A stretch of 64,000 nucleotides of DNA, taken from NCBI GenBank assembly GCA_963787835.1, contig CAWBEI010000002.1, positions 1,728,001 through 1,792,000 on the forward strand, written 5' to 3'. Below the pieces are notes generated by a model. It was not told the origin of the DNA, made no database searches, and was given only the letters and a program-made list of their open reading frames with translations. This DNA is from Ignavibacteriota bacterium. GTDB lineage: Bacteria > Bacteroidota > Ignavibacteria > Palsa-1295. This document shows positions 20,686 through 31,447 of the stretch, piece after piece. Position numbers and translations under genes: made by a program. Each line of letters opens with the position of its first letter. Position 1 is the first letter of the stretch.

Positions 20686-23058
20686 ATGACATCACTAATG
20701 CGTTTAATACAACGTTTTTTTTTCGTTTTGGCTGTTGTTGCATTTGTGGCAATAATTTTTTCGCCCGTTTGTTTTGCCCAAACAGCTCCCGAAGGCCCGA
20801 TCCTCTGGCTTCAAGCAGATAAGGGTATCGTTCAGCAAAACGGACATGTCGCCGTATGGCAGGACCAGAGCGGCAAAGGCAGCGACGCACGAATGGACGA
20901 TACCGGAATGAGACCCGACCTGATAACCGATTCCGGACACCCTGCGGTCCTATTCCGAGGATCGAATTACCTACAATGTCCTCCGATATTCCCTGCCAAT
21001 GCCGATTACACGATCGCAGTTGTCGCAAAGATCAATAATGTTAACAATACCAATAACCTCGTTTCTGGGAATGTTCACGCATTATATTTTGCAAATGATT
21101 CATTCCCTCGCGTTGTGCATTCTTGGTTCCAGCATCAGGAAGTTTCTCCGATCCCGGTATGGCGGAACGGTTTTTCCGCGATCACTGCATCCTACGATCA
21201 AGATTACGAACAGGCCACGCTTTTTGTCAACGGGCAATTCGCTGATTCATCCTGGGTGCTTTCAACGTCGGATAGCATCCTCTATATTGGCTCTTATTTA
21301 AGTAGTTATTTCCTCCAAGGTGAAATTGAAGAAGTGCTACTGTACAATAGGCAGTTGAATCCCGAGGAGTTGTCATCGCTACATGCTTATCTTATGGGCC
21401 GATACGGTATCTCTCAATCGCCTCCCGCTCCAAAACCAGACAGCACTTTTACGGCTATACCAGAGGAGTTTCAGCTATTCCCGAGAGGAGATGATGATTC
21501 GGCAACGGTTCCGATCAATGGGGCGATCTATCGTCAAAACTTCGATTCAATTTATGTGCTGCAATTTAAGAACGATACTTTAATCCATAGAATGACTCAG
21601 AGCCTCACTTATGATAATGGACGAGCCAGCTTTGCATTCTTTCCGCGTATTCACGCCGAACAGAGTGAGTATCGCTTCGAAGTTCATCTTGTTACCGGGG
21701 AATTGGATTCCCTGATCGCACAACGAGATAGTATTGCTTCCGGCAACATGTTCCTAATGGATGGACAAGGCTTCGCCTATTCCGGATTTGTTGTCGATAC
21801 ATTCAGGAACCAGTACTGTCGAACGTTTGGGCAACAAGCAAGCGAAAATGTGAGCGACACGTTCTGGTCGGAGTCCAACGACGATGTTGGTGGTGCAGAT
21901 CAGCGAATTCAGCAGGATCTACTTAGTTTCTCTCGCGTGGCTTCGTGCACCGTCAATGAGGCCTTGGGAGGAACCGATATTGAGGATCATTTTCGTAACG
22001 ATTCCGATAAATACGACCTGCGTACGATTTATGTCCGCACATTGTATCGAACTACAAAATCCGGTATGCTTGGAGCAGTAAAGGTCATGTTCTGGCTGCA
22101 AGGAAATGCTAACTACGCACCAGGATATTACCAGAAGTTCCTCAAACTTTATACCAGTTGGAAAGAAGATTATCCTAATCTAAAAAAAGTTTACTTACTA
22201 CAGAACCGTCCCAATAATTGCTATTTCGGGAACATCGACATGAGGGATGTTCAGCGAGTAATGGAAGATTCCATTCCCAGCGTCGAGCCAGTTTCTGCCG
22301 CTGCAATTCCATACAATGATGGATGCCACTATTATGACGATGGGTATCGAGCCTTAGGGGATCGATTCTATCAAGAGTTTGCTCGCGATTTCTATGGCGC
22401 GACCGATACGATGAACTTGCGGAGTGCGAATGCACTTGGTGCATGGTATTCAAAACCCGATCATACCCAAATTGCAATTCTCTACTCGCCCAACGACGTT
22501 CAACTGCATGTGACTGACGATACAACGATTGATGGAGTTACAGCTACCTTGAAAGATTACCTTAGTCCAGACGATACGACAACGCATGTTCAATCGATCG
22601 CCTTTGATGATGATACAATGTTTTTAAATCTCGATAACCCTTCTGTGGCACAATCGATCGATATGCTTCCCGATCAATATGATCTTGGGAGCGATTCCGT
22701 AGTGTATCAAGGTCCTTGGGTTGTTAACAGCCGCGGCATTGCTGCACTTCTCTGGTATCATCTACCCATATCCACTGAACCTCTTTCGGTAACCAGCCAG
22801 CCTGGTTCAATTCCCAATGCCGAAGTCATTCCCAATCCTGCTTCGAACGTGATTTCGATCGATGCCTCGGAGCTTTCCGGTCCGATCGAGGCCACCCTTG
22901 TGGCTGAGACCGGCGCGATTGTTTGGCAAAAGAACGTACCTTCCGATCATTCGTCGTCCATTGAATTCGATCTCAGCGACCAGAGTTCGGGATGTTATTT
23001 CCTGCGGCTGAGCAATGGCCGTTCAACGTTGGAACGTAAATTTATCTTGCAACACTGA
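20686..23058 (+). CDS. Tandem paralogue of the preceding esterase-like protein, with degenerate catalytic motif
   Basis: Same domain order; GQGF in place of GQSN; WLQGN; DGCH; T9SS tail. Confidence 0.8.
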   Translation: MTSLMRLIQRFFFVLAVVAFVAIIFSPVCFAQTAPEGPILWLQADKGIVQQNGHVAVWQDQSGKGSDARMDDTGMRPDLITDSGHPAVLFRGSNYLQCPPIFPANADYTIAVVAKINNVNNTNNLVSGNVHALYFANDSFPRVVHSWFQHQEVSPIPVWRNGFSAITASYDQDYEQATLFVNGQFADSSWVLSTSDSILYIGSYLSSYFLQGEIEEVLLYNRQLNPEELSSLHAYLMGRYGISQSPPAPKPDSTFTAIPEEFQLFPRGDDDSATVPINGAIYRQNFDSIYVLQFKNDTLIHRMTQSLTYDNGRASFAFFPRIHAEQSEYRFEVHLVTGELDSLIAQRDSIASGNMFLMDGQGFAYSGFVVDTFRNQYCRTFGQQASENVSDTFWSESNDDVGGADQRIQQDLLSFSRVASCTVNEALGGTDIEDHFRNDSDKYDLRTIYVRTLYRTTKSGMLGAVKVMFWLQGNANYAPGYYQKFLKLYTSWKEDYPNLKKVYLLQNRPNNCYFGNIDMRDVQRVMEDSIPSVEPVSAAAIPYNDGCHYYDDGYRALGDRFYQEFARDFYGATDTMNLRSANALGAWYSKPDHTQIAILYSPNDVQLHVTDDTTIDGVTATLKDYLSPDDTTTHVQSIAFDDDTMFLNLDNPSVAQSIDMLPDQYDLGSDSVVYQGPWVVNSRGIAALLWYHLPISTEPLSVTSQPGSIPNAEVIPNPASNVISIDASELSGPIEATLVAETGAIVWQKNVPSDHSSSIEFDLSDQSSGCYFLRLSNGRSTLERKFILQH

Positions 23059-23075
23059 TCTGATTCGTTCGGAAG

Positions 23076-23675
23076 TTATTGCAATCTGACGGCGTCTTCT
23101 TTGAGAAGCAATAATGGATGGTCGAAATTCGGGTGATGCACGGTGTAGAATGCACGGTGATCTGCAAAGATATTTAGTTCATCGCCAACACTAGCAGAAG
23201 CAACTACGGAATCCTGTGTGGAATCGACATATAATAAGGCAAATCGTTCGACCAAAACACGTCCAATGAGAGGTTGCGCCAGATGAAAATACTTGGTTGC
23301 CTCGCCGGGTGCTCGTTGCGTTTGAATAAAAGTGGTATCAATTCCGCTGCCGTGGACATGCAGTCGTGCACTGAGCAGTTGCCGTGCTTCTGGAATGTAA
23401 ATGCGCGCAACACCCGAATCATTAACATTGAGTTTCGAAGGCGAGTTGGTAAGGTTGCAGCTAAGACAGTCAACCGTTATTCCGGGGAGCGCTGGATGCC
23501 CGAAAGGTGAGGAGGTTTGATACACGCGGACCTTAATGGAATCACTTACCCATTCATGGGCACCGATATGATACACGTCCGGGTTCCCGCTGCTACCACA
23601 TCCGAAGAGTAACAATGTTGGTGGAAGCAGCGCATGTAAAAAAAATCCTTTAATGGACCTACTTTGTGTTCTCAC
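23076..23675 (-). CDS. Hypothetical lipoprotein
   Basis: Lipobox LLFGC; possible SH3-like C-terminus. Confidence 0.6.
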   Translation of the reverse strand: MRTQSRSIKGFFLHALLPPTLLLFGCGSSGNPDVYHIGAHEWVSDSIKVRVYQTSSPFGHPALPGITVDCLSCNLTNSPSKLNVNDSGVARIYIPEARQLLSARLHVHGSGIDTTFIQTQRAPGEATKYFHLAQPLIGRVLVERFALLYVDSTQDSVVASASVGDELNIFADHRAFYTVHHPNFDHPLLLLKEDAVRLQ

Positions 23676-23678
23676 GTT

Positions 23679-25719
23679 CTATTGCACGGGTTTTTGCAAC
23701 TCCACGAATACCGTCCGAGAGAGAAATCGTCCTTCTGGAAGCCTGTTATCGACAAGATCGAACTGACCTTCTCCCTGACTCTGGAACGAAATGGATGCCA
23801 CTGTGTCTCCAAGGGTTTGTCGCAACGCGGATTCTACTGCTTTTGCCCGCGCCTGAGATAGTTCGAGATTATGGGAGCTTTCTCCAGTGATGTCGGTGTA
23901 GCCACGAATGACGATTCGTGTTCCAGGTGTAACGGAGGAAGCGATCTCCGAAATGACACGTAGCGACCGGTCGCCGAGATCGGATCTGTCGAAACTAAAG
24001 GTGATAAGATTATAATGCTCGATGATCTTATCCTTCGTTCGCTCTTCACGTTTTTTTCGTATGGTGATGAGATTTACTTTCGTGGTATCGGATGCATCCA
24101 TTTGTCCACCGATCGAGTCGGTGAGGTGTAGCGTTGCAACGATGGATGAATCAGTACGTGGAAGATCGTCCGGCAACGGATGCCATTGTTCCATCGGGGC
24201 GGGGCCACGATAAGATGTAAGAATACGGTTCCCCTGACTTAGGGTTAGTGTATTTTCTGCCAGTGTTATCCGTGAGGATTCCGTGCTACGCATACGAATC
24301 GTCGGAGGATTCATCGTCCGGTCGACAGTTTCGATGGAAAGCGGATCTAATAAACTCGGGTCGCTCGAAGTGATCTCGACACGGCGATTCTCTTCCGAGC
24401 CATCTTTTGTTGTAACAGTGGACGGACTGGCGGGTAGCCCCTCGGATGCAACCGTGATACGAGAGGAGTCGATCTGCCATACACTTTGGAGATACTGTTG
24501 AACGCTCTTCGCTCTCTGGAGCGCAAGCGAGCTATCCTTTGCTTCCTTTGGAGATTGGGAATTTGTTCCTGTGAGTGTAATCGTAATTCCCGGATTCTCC
24601 GAGAGACGTTTTCCCACGATATTCAGCTCCTCGTGGTAGATCTCGATCGTGCTTTTCCCTGCAAGCGAATCGATTTGGAACGCTTTTCCAGCAGTGCTGG
24701 AGTCCAGGAGGTGATAACGGGAAGGGATTGTAGCGCCGCCGTCGTCAAAGAAGATATAATTTAGCGCTGGATATGCTTCGTGCCGTTCGAATTCTTCGAC
24801 GCGAATAGTCGGATCGGGTATTTCGTGCTCGATGCCAATTGAATCCGTGGTCACGCCGGAAATCCTTACACTCGCAGTCATTTCGCTTTTTGGTGCCGGC
24901 GGCGGGGGAGGCGGGGGTGGGGGTTGTACAATCTGCATCTTCGGTTCTGGAGCGACGTCGAACTTTAATTCTACTCCAAGTGCGATAGTGGTGACATGCC
25001 AATTATAATCGGTTCGAATGCTATTGATCGGGATGGAAACCATCAATTCAGGAGCAAGCACCACTTTTTGTGACAGTGGAACATCGATCGAAGCACCAAG
25101 CGTGAATGAAGCCAAAATGCTGCTGCTGTTTTGGATTAGACCTGTCGAGTTGTTGGTGCCACTGTTCAAGACTGGCTGTGATTGAGTTCCATTATTGTAA
25201 AAGGCGTTAGGTGGGTTTGTAATAACTTCGCTTAAAGTTGCATCTCGGCGCAATAGATAACTCAGAACTCGGCCCTCCCATGAGAAAGAGGCTTGGGGTC
25301 AGAGGATATTTTAAAAATAGGTCTGCGCCAAGCGAAAGAAGGGTCGAGTTTAATTTATATTCTTGCGAGACGGTAACGAGCGAACTATCGGTAGGATTAC
25401 GAGCCTGCGCTTGATCCGTTGCAGGCGTGGTAATGAGGGCGCTTAGCCCCGAAAGATGTAGTCTGGGTGTTATCCAAAATGAATGAGCAGGATCTCCGAG
25501 CGGTGTCTCGAATAACAGCGACCCACTCGGTAATACACTGGATCCACTCGTGAACACACCGCAAAGCGTATCACCCCGGTAAACGGGAAGATTTAGGCTA
25601 TGCAAGTTCAGGCCAACAGCCAGCCCACCACCAACGTAGATGGGACGTTGTTGCGCGCGAACAACCGGTTGCGCAATCATGAGAAAGAGCGCAAGTGCGC
25701 CCACGGCCTTTTTGAGCAT
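23679..25719 (-). CDS. Beta-barrel plus double OmpA-C domain protein; split by a +1 frameshift near 25266, likely a sequencing error
   Basis: ORFs 25207-25719 and 23679-25253 join as GGPS-LSYLLRRD; NRRVEI and GYTD..N..LS..RA motifs; poly-Pro linker. Confidence 0.8.
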
Positions 25720-25794
25720 TAATAGAGTAACGCAAGTCTCAGCCGTTTTGTCCTACTCATCGTATTTATCAGATGTCGTGAGACTATCAGAGCG

Positions 25795-28700
25795 TCACCA
25801 TCTGAATGTATAAACAAGTTTGGAAAGGAATATCGGCTGCTGAGTCAAGGAGCCAACTGTAGCAATGGTTGGATTAGGGTTGTACTGAATTTCGACGAGT
25901 GCATTCCGAAACACATCACCGGATATAAAGTCGTTCAGAGGAATATCGGTAACTAAATTTAGCCCTAATTGTCCCGCTCCGTTGTTAGCGACCCCCCCCA
26001 GCTTGACAGTAACATCTCGAATCGCTGCCGTAATCTGGGCACCACCATAGTTTCCTGTACTGAACGAGGCGGATCGAATGGCCACTTGAGAGCTTGTAGA
26101 GCCAAGAAGGTTGGTAAACAAATTAGCCGCTGCTTGCCCGCCAAGGGCCGGAAGCATTTTCGTGTATGCAGATCCACTGTTTGGTCCAGTGAGGTCATTT
26201 TTAAAATAACCACCAGTGCCTAGAAAATACAGTGCGTCCTGCTGGGCTTCCTCGGGTGATTGTTCCTGTCTAACTACAAACTCTCCGCCTGCCGTAGGTT
26301 GTTGAGAGTTCGTCCATATAATGATAGGATAATTTTTTGTTCCAGTAACATGGAGCGCTATCTTGGCTTGTTCCGAAGTACCCTGATGCTGGCTGATATA
26401 TTCAGCATTTACATCCAGGGATGGATTACTGAAATCGCCAGTAAATCTGATATTCCCTCTTGGAATCGTGAAATTTTGAATAAAGGTGAAAGTCGAATTC
26501 GGAGAGAGTTCGAATTCGCCGATTGCATTTGTTTGGAGATCTTCCCCGCGGTCTATTTTCAGTGTACCCCCGCTTTTAAGTTCGCCCCTTAGTTGTGATC
26601 CTATGATGACAAGCCCGCCGAAAGGAATGGTAATGGCCGCAGTTCCCTCCGTATTTATTGTCAGGTTCATTTGGAGTTTGTCGGTGAAACTGGGCGCAAG
26701 TGCGTTAGGTTGTTGAGAGGGTGCTATGTTCGGGGTCGGAACGCCTTGCTCCATGCTCCCATCATCATTTAAATAAATGTCCTTCATCCAATTCGGGAAG
26801 AGGGTATCATTAAACCAGCCCATTTGAATCGAGGCTGCATATTCCTGCTCGGTGACTGTATGAAGGGTATCGAGCGGGGCCAGATTTTGGACAGGATCTC
26901 TTGGGAGCGTTTCGTAGATCACACCTTCGCTCGATACCGATTGCTGAGTATTGTCAGACTGCGGCATCGTCACATTGGCACTCATGATATTGATTGTACC
27001 TGCGATCTTTGGGTTATCGAAGGTATTGTAAAATTCGAAATCCTGACCACCGGTATTGATGGTCACCGGTCCATAGGCCACCGGTAACGATTCCTTGGCA
27101 GCATCGGAAAGTACCATCAGTCGATTCGACCGAAGCTTGAGATCAAAGTTTGTAATATCGAATCCATTAAAAGTAAAGGAGCCGCTTAAACTCGCTGCAC
27201 CTAACGAGTCGTCTGCTGAAATATTGCGGATGCTGTCATCCTGCAAGACAAGAGCATTGTGGGCAAAGACAAGTGGTCCGCCAAAAAGATACCACATATT
27301 CGTTGCTGCCAGTAATACCTCACCTCTCTGAATGGATGCGTTTCCAGTGTACTCGATGTTGTTCCGTGTCCCCGCGATATTGAAGTTAATATCTCCGGAG
27401 CCATCGATCTGGCGGAATGGAGGAAGAAACGGTGTGACAACATCAAGAGGGAATTGATCTGCCTTAATACTTGCAGAGAGTGGCCGTGTTACGGCACGAG
27501 CGCTATCTGCGGCAAAATTTGGCCCTCGTTTAAGTGCAAAAACTAAAGGAATACTATCGATAGTAGCTCGTAATTCACTTCCTTTAAGAGCAACGGGATT
27601 GATCGTGCTTGGCACGTTGGCAGTGACAGTAGCAACGTGAAGATCCATGATGCCTCGAAGCACCTCATCGTGATATTCTATATCGACATAGTTTGAATCG
27701 AACGTGATGGTGTTTTCCTCTTCACCCTGGTATTTGATAATATCGGCAAAGAGTTTGGCAGTGACGTCCGGTTGTTCTAATGTCCCCGACAGCGTTACTT
27801 TGAAATCGCGCACTGTGCCGGCATATTTTGTGAAATCGAATGCACCGGAATTGGGGTTGAAGGGGAGTATTCTTGTAAGTTCCTCGATCTGGATAGATGG
27901 GAAGGTTGCCCATGCATTGACGCTGTCGCCATTAAGCACTCCACCAATACTTATGTGTTGAGCTCCCTCATCTCCACGATTTTCCATATTCTTCATTGGA
28001 TGGATGATATTCAATGTATCAATCGTAATAACTCCATTTTTCGCAAAATTAATACGAGCTGGACCTTCATTCTTCCAGACAAACTGCCGCAAGCTGTTGG
28101 AAGTAGGTGTGAAATAAGGGTTATTAAAGGATAGTTTTAATGTATCAAGTTTAAAATCGAGATCCCCATTTGGGAAAATAGTGGTTCCATTCAGATCGAT
28201 CGCAATAGCGTTATTATAGATCGATTCCGTGTGAAAATTGAGAGTTTGATCTTTATAGTTTAGATGGCACTCCGGATGATAGAGCAATGCCGAGCCCAGT
28301 CGAATGACGCTGTCCGTTGTAAGATCGAGATTTGCTTGTAGCTGTCCAAGCACTGTCTTGGGATCGTTGGACAGATCCTGTAATGTGATCAAGAATGAAG
28401 TTGGCATCAGGTGGATGCGTGGTGTACCAGCGCCGAACTTTGGCAAAGCCAAAGCAGAGGTATCACGATGTGCAGAGGGATTGATTTTTGAGAACGTATC
28501 AATCTTGACTAAAGGGACAGAATCAACCGATGGTCGGTCTCTCAAAATAAATCCAAGGCTATCAGCATTCATCGCAATGGTCAGATCACCATTGGCGTTT
28601 CCATGAACAACGCCAGAGACCCGGCCATGACCCAAGAGGAAAGTATTAGGAAAAAAATCAGCGAACGAGCGCAGATCCTTGATCTGAAGGGCATAATCAA

Positions 28701-30801
28701 AGTCGATCGAATCCTTTTTTGTTTTCGAAAGAATTGGAATATGATCCTTCAGCGGAAAATCCCTGTGCTCGATCGCTGTTAGCAGTGCGTTGATGTGTTC
28801 CGGTAAAACGTGGATGAGATCCCCAGTCTTAAAACTACGATCAACGGTCAGGTCAGCGATTGAGCTGTGTAGCATTAGCTTGTTTTCACCAGGCCGAACT
28901 GTGGTTATTGTGATATCCGCGGTATCGTCAGGAAGGTCGTGTCCCTGGCATGCAAGATCGAATAGGCGAAGATGCGCGGTTCCCAATACGCTGTCGAATC
29001 CATTCGCCGCGCCGGAGATATTCGCATCGAGATCAACTCGAGCAGGGTTCAGGCTATCATCCGATAAGATCTTCGATAGAGGAAAATTATGAATAGAACC
29101 ATCAAAATGAAAGGGAAGGGTGGATGCAGTTAATTTCGCACTTGCACTGCGGATGAGTACCTCGGGGCCATCCTTGATATCTGCGTTCAAGTGATCTACG
29201 GAGATCGCTCCCATCTTTATTGCGCCTGCAAGATCCAGCGAATTGGCTTGGTATGTATCGATCATGGATGGAGCATCCGTTCGAAGCACGATCGTAGATT
29301 CCATCGTCTTCCAATTCGTTCCGCGCCCAGCGATTTGCGTTTCTGCCGTGATGGAGCTCTCATATTTGGGATCGCGGATCAAAGCAGCAAGGTTGAAGTT
29401 ACTCGTTCTCAGGCTTGCGTGATACACCATCAGTTTTTGCCGGAGGTCAAGCCGCATATCTCCCGATGCATTCCCAGCACCACTCGAACTTGCATCGAAT
29501 TTTGTATGAAAATTTTGAGGGGCACCAGTAAAAGTGAGTTCGGATATGTTGATGGTTCCAAAGCGGGTCAGATCCGGCAAATGTAAACCTGGGACATAGT
29601 CGTCCAAAGTTGAATTGGAAAGATTCTTTGAACGCAGATCCAGATCCATTGTGAGAGAATCCGCTTGGTGGAGATTATTAAGGTCCCCGGAAATAGTAAT
29701 ATTCCCTCTGCTCTTGAAATCGAGCGCAAGCTTTTTAATGTGAAGTTTACCAAATTCACCTGTCACAGTAAGATCGATTCCGGGTGAGCCGGCAAGAAAA
29801 CTAAGTGGCTTGGGAAGGAATTGCTTCAGTTCGTTGGTGCTGATGACCGGACCGTTCACGTTCGCTTCTATTAAGGAATTTTTCATCGGAGTCAGCAACC
29901 CAGTTTCGATGATCTTTGGAGGTGAGATTTTGATCGATAATCCAAGATCAGAATGTCCGGTTATGATCTTTGCATTATCGATTCGTGCCTGGTTGGAATC
30001 AAGATAGCCCGAAAATCCCAGACGTTGCACGAAAACGCCGCTATTCTTTTCTCTAAATTGTAAATGACTGACATGTACCGTTTGCGATGACGCGCCATGC
30101 AAATTGAATCGGGTTTCGAGATCGATCCCTTGCACTTGGATATCGTTCCAGTCAATTTCTCTTTTCTCATTGGCGAGGGAAGCCTGTTGCCGAGAGGGGA
30201 AATTATAATCTCGAAGATAAAAACTACCGTTCTGGATCTGCAAGTTTGCGACGTCGATGATCTGGGAAAATGGTTTTGAAGGAGTTTTCGTCGACAGAGT
30301 TTTGGATAATAGTTCGTAGTTCCAGTTTGTGTCTCCCGCGAACTTAACGACATGGATCGTGGGGTGTATTAAAATAAAACCCGAAATCTGTATTTCGCTT
30401 TTTTGCAGCAAATGCGAAAGGGAGTATTGCGAAATTACTTTGTCAATATGAATGAGGGGTATAGAATCATAAGCAGTGCCAGTCTTCAGCCGAAGGGTGA
30501 CGTCACTCATCACGAACCCACTCAGCAAATTCCCTTGAATGTCGCCAACCGTGAGCGTGCCGTTGGTTCCATTCTCAATGGCGCCCTCTAATTGATTCAC
30601 AACAAAATGCCGGAAGAATGGAAGCTGTGTTAACGACCCCAAACCAAATCCAAGCACCAGAACGATCAGCAGGAGCCATAACAACACTAAACCTGTCCGC
30701 CGCAAGAAGCTTCGCTGTTTTTTTTCCGCGCGACCATCCACCAACGCTGCTGGCGTTGGCTGTTCAGTTCCATTTGTTGAACGAGGCTCGGTCGTCTCCA
30801 T
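25795..30801 (-). CDS. tamB: Translocation/assembly module TamB/AsmA-like protein
   Basis: N-terminal TM; G.I.GNLL.G; 1668 aa beta-rich; C-terminal G.I.FTG..NP.LDV.AEY. Confidence 0.8.
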   Translation of the reverse strand: METTEPRSTNGTEQPTPAALVDGRAEKKQRSFLRRTGLVLLWLLLIVLVLGFGLGSLTQLPFFRHFVVNQLEGAIENGTNGTLTVGDIQGNLLSGFVMSDVTLRLKTGTAYDSIPLIHIDKVISQYSLSHLLQKSEIQISGFILIHPTIHVVKFAGDTNWNYELLSKTLSTKTPSKPFSQIIDVANLQIQNGSFYLRDYNFPSRQQASLANEKREIDWNDIQVQGIDLETRFNLHGASSQTVHVSHLQFREKNSGVFVQRLGFSGYLDSNQARIDNAKIITGHSDLGLSIKISPPKIIETGLLTPMKNSLIEANVNGPVISTNELKQFLPKPLSFLAGSPGIDLTVTGEFGKLHIKKLALDFKSRGNITISGDLNNLHQADSLTMDLDLRSKNLSNSTLDDYVPGLHLPDLTRFGTINISELTFTGAPQNFHTKFDASSSGAGNASGDMRLDLRQKLMVYHASLRTSNFNLAALIRDPKYESSITAETQIAGRGTNWKTMESTIVLRTDAPSMIDTYQANSLDLAGAIKMGAISVDHLNADIKDGPEVLIRSASAKLTASTLPFHFDGSIHNFPLSKILSDDSLNPARVDLDANISGAANGFDSVLGTAHLRLFDLACQGHDLPDDTADITITTVRPGENKLMLHSSIADLTVDRSFKTGDLIHVLPEHINALLTAIEHRDFPLKDHIPILSKTKKDSIDFDYALQIKDLRSFADFFPNTFLLGHGRVSGVVHGNANGDLTIAMNADSLGFILRDRPSVDSVPLVKIDTFSKINPSAHRDTSALALPKFGAGTPRIHLMPTSFLITLQDLSNDPKTVLGQLQANLDLTTDSVIRLGSALLYHPECHLNYKDQTLNFHTESIYNNAIAIDLNGTTIFPNGDLDFKLDTLKLSFNNPYFTPTSNSLRQFVWKNEGPARINFAKNGVITIDTLNIIHPMKNMENRGDEGAQHISIGGVLNGDSVNAWATFPSIQIEELTRILPFNPNSGAFDFTKYAGTVRDFKVTLSGTLEQPDVTAKLFADIIKYQGEEENTITFDSNYVDIEYHDEVLRGIMDLHVATVTANVPSTINPVALKGSELRATIDSIPLVFALKRGPNFAADSARAVTRPLSASIKADQFPLDVVTPFLPPFRQIDGSGDINFNIAGTRNNIEYTGNASIQRGEVLLAATNMWYLFGGPLVFAHNALVLQDDSIRNISADDSLGAASLSGSFTFNGFDITNFDLKLRSNRLMVLSDAAKESLPVAYGPVTINTGGQDFEFYNTFDNPKIAGTINIMSANVTMPQSDNTQQSVSSEGVIYETLPRDPVQNLAPLDTLHTVTEQEYAASIQMGWFNDTLFPNWMKDIYLNDDGSMEQGVPTPNIAPSQQPNALAPSFTDKLQMNLTINTEGTAAITIPFGGLVIIGSQLRGELKSGGTLKIDRGEDLQTNAIGEFELSPNSTFTFIQNFTIPRGNIRFTGDFSNPSLDVNAEYISQHQGTSEQAKIALHVTGTKNYPIIIWTNSQQPTAGGEFVVRQEQSPEEAQQDALYFLGTGGYFKNDLTGPNSGSAYTKMLPALGGQAAANLFTNLLGSTSSQVAIRSASFSTGNYGGAQITAAIRDVTVKLGGVANNGAGQLGLNLVTDIPLNDFISGDVFRNALVEIQYNPNPTIATVGSLTQQPIFLSKLVYTFRW

Positions 30802-30919
30802 GTAATAGGAATTCGGGGTCTTTGGTCTAAACCAAACAACCTGTAAGAGACTGGGCTTAGTTCGTAAACCACGCTATCTGACAAAAGATTAATTTCTTAA
30901 CCCTCCAAATGTCAAAGAA

Positions 30920-31447
30920 CTACCTATATCGCTCCAATATTTTCTCAACAATCCCGCTTGTTGAGCGACCTTCGGCCAAGGGGATCGTCTGCACACGTCC
31001 GCCATTCGCTTCGACCTCATCCGCTCCTACGATGGTTGCCCTCGAATAATCCGCACCTTTGATTAGTATGTCCGGCAAGACAAATCGTATCAATTCGAGC
31101 GGCGTTTCCTCATCAAAAATTACGACTGCATCCGTGCATCGAAGTGATGCCAAAAGCAGTGCTCGATCGCCTTCGTGCTGAATCGGCCGGTTCGGTCCCT
31201 TAATGGCTCTGACCGATGCATCGGAATTTAATCCGATAATTAGCGCTCCACCAACATTTCTTGCTTCCATCAAATATCCCGCATGACCGGCATGAAGAAT
31301 ATCAAAAACTCCATTTGTGAACACAAGAGCGGTTCCCGATTTCTTCAAATTCTCCCGCCACTCTGCCAATCGCTTCCGATCGGCGGCATCCCGAAAATAA
31401 AAAATTGGTGCGGACTGAATATTTCCCACTCGGTACTCGTTACCCAT
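30920..31447 (-). CDS. rfaE2: D-glycero-beta-D-manno-heptose 1-phosphate adenylyltransferase
   Basis: FTNGVFDILHAGH, GLNSD.SV, KG.DY, STSGIV. Confidence 0.95.
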   Translation of the reverse strand: MGNEYRVGNIQSAPIFYFRDAADRKRLAEWRENLKKSGTALVFTNGVFDILHAGHAGYLMEARNVGGALIIGLNSDASVRAIKGPNRPIQHEGDRALLLASLRCTDAVVIFDEETPLELIRFVLPDILIKGADYSRATIVGADEVEANGGRVQTIPLAEGRSTSGIVEKILERYR

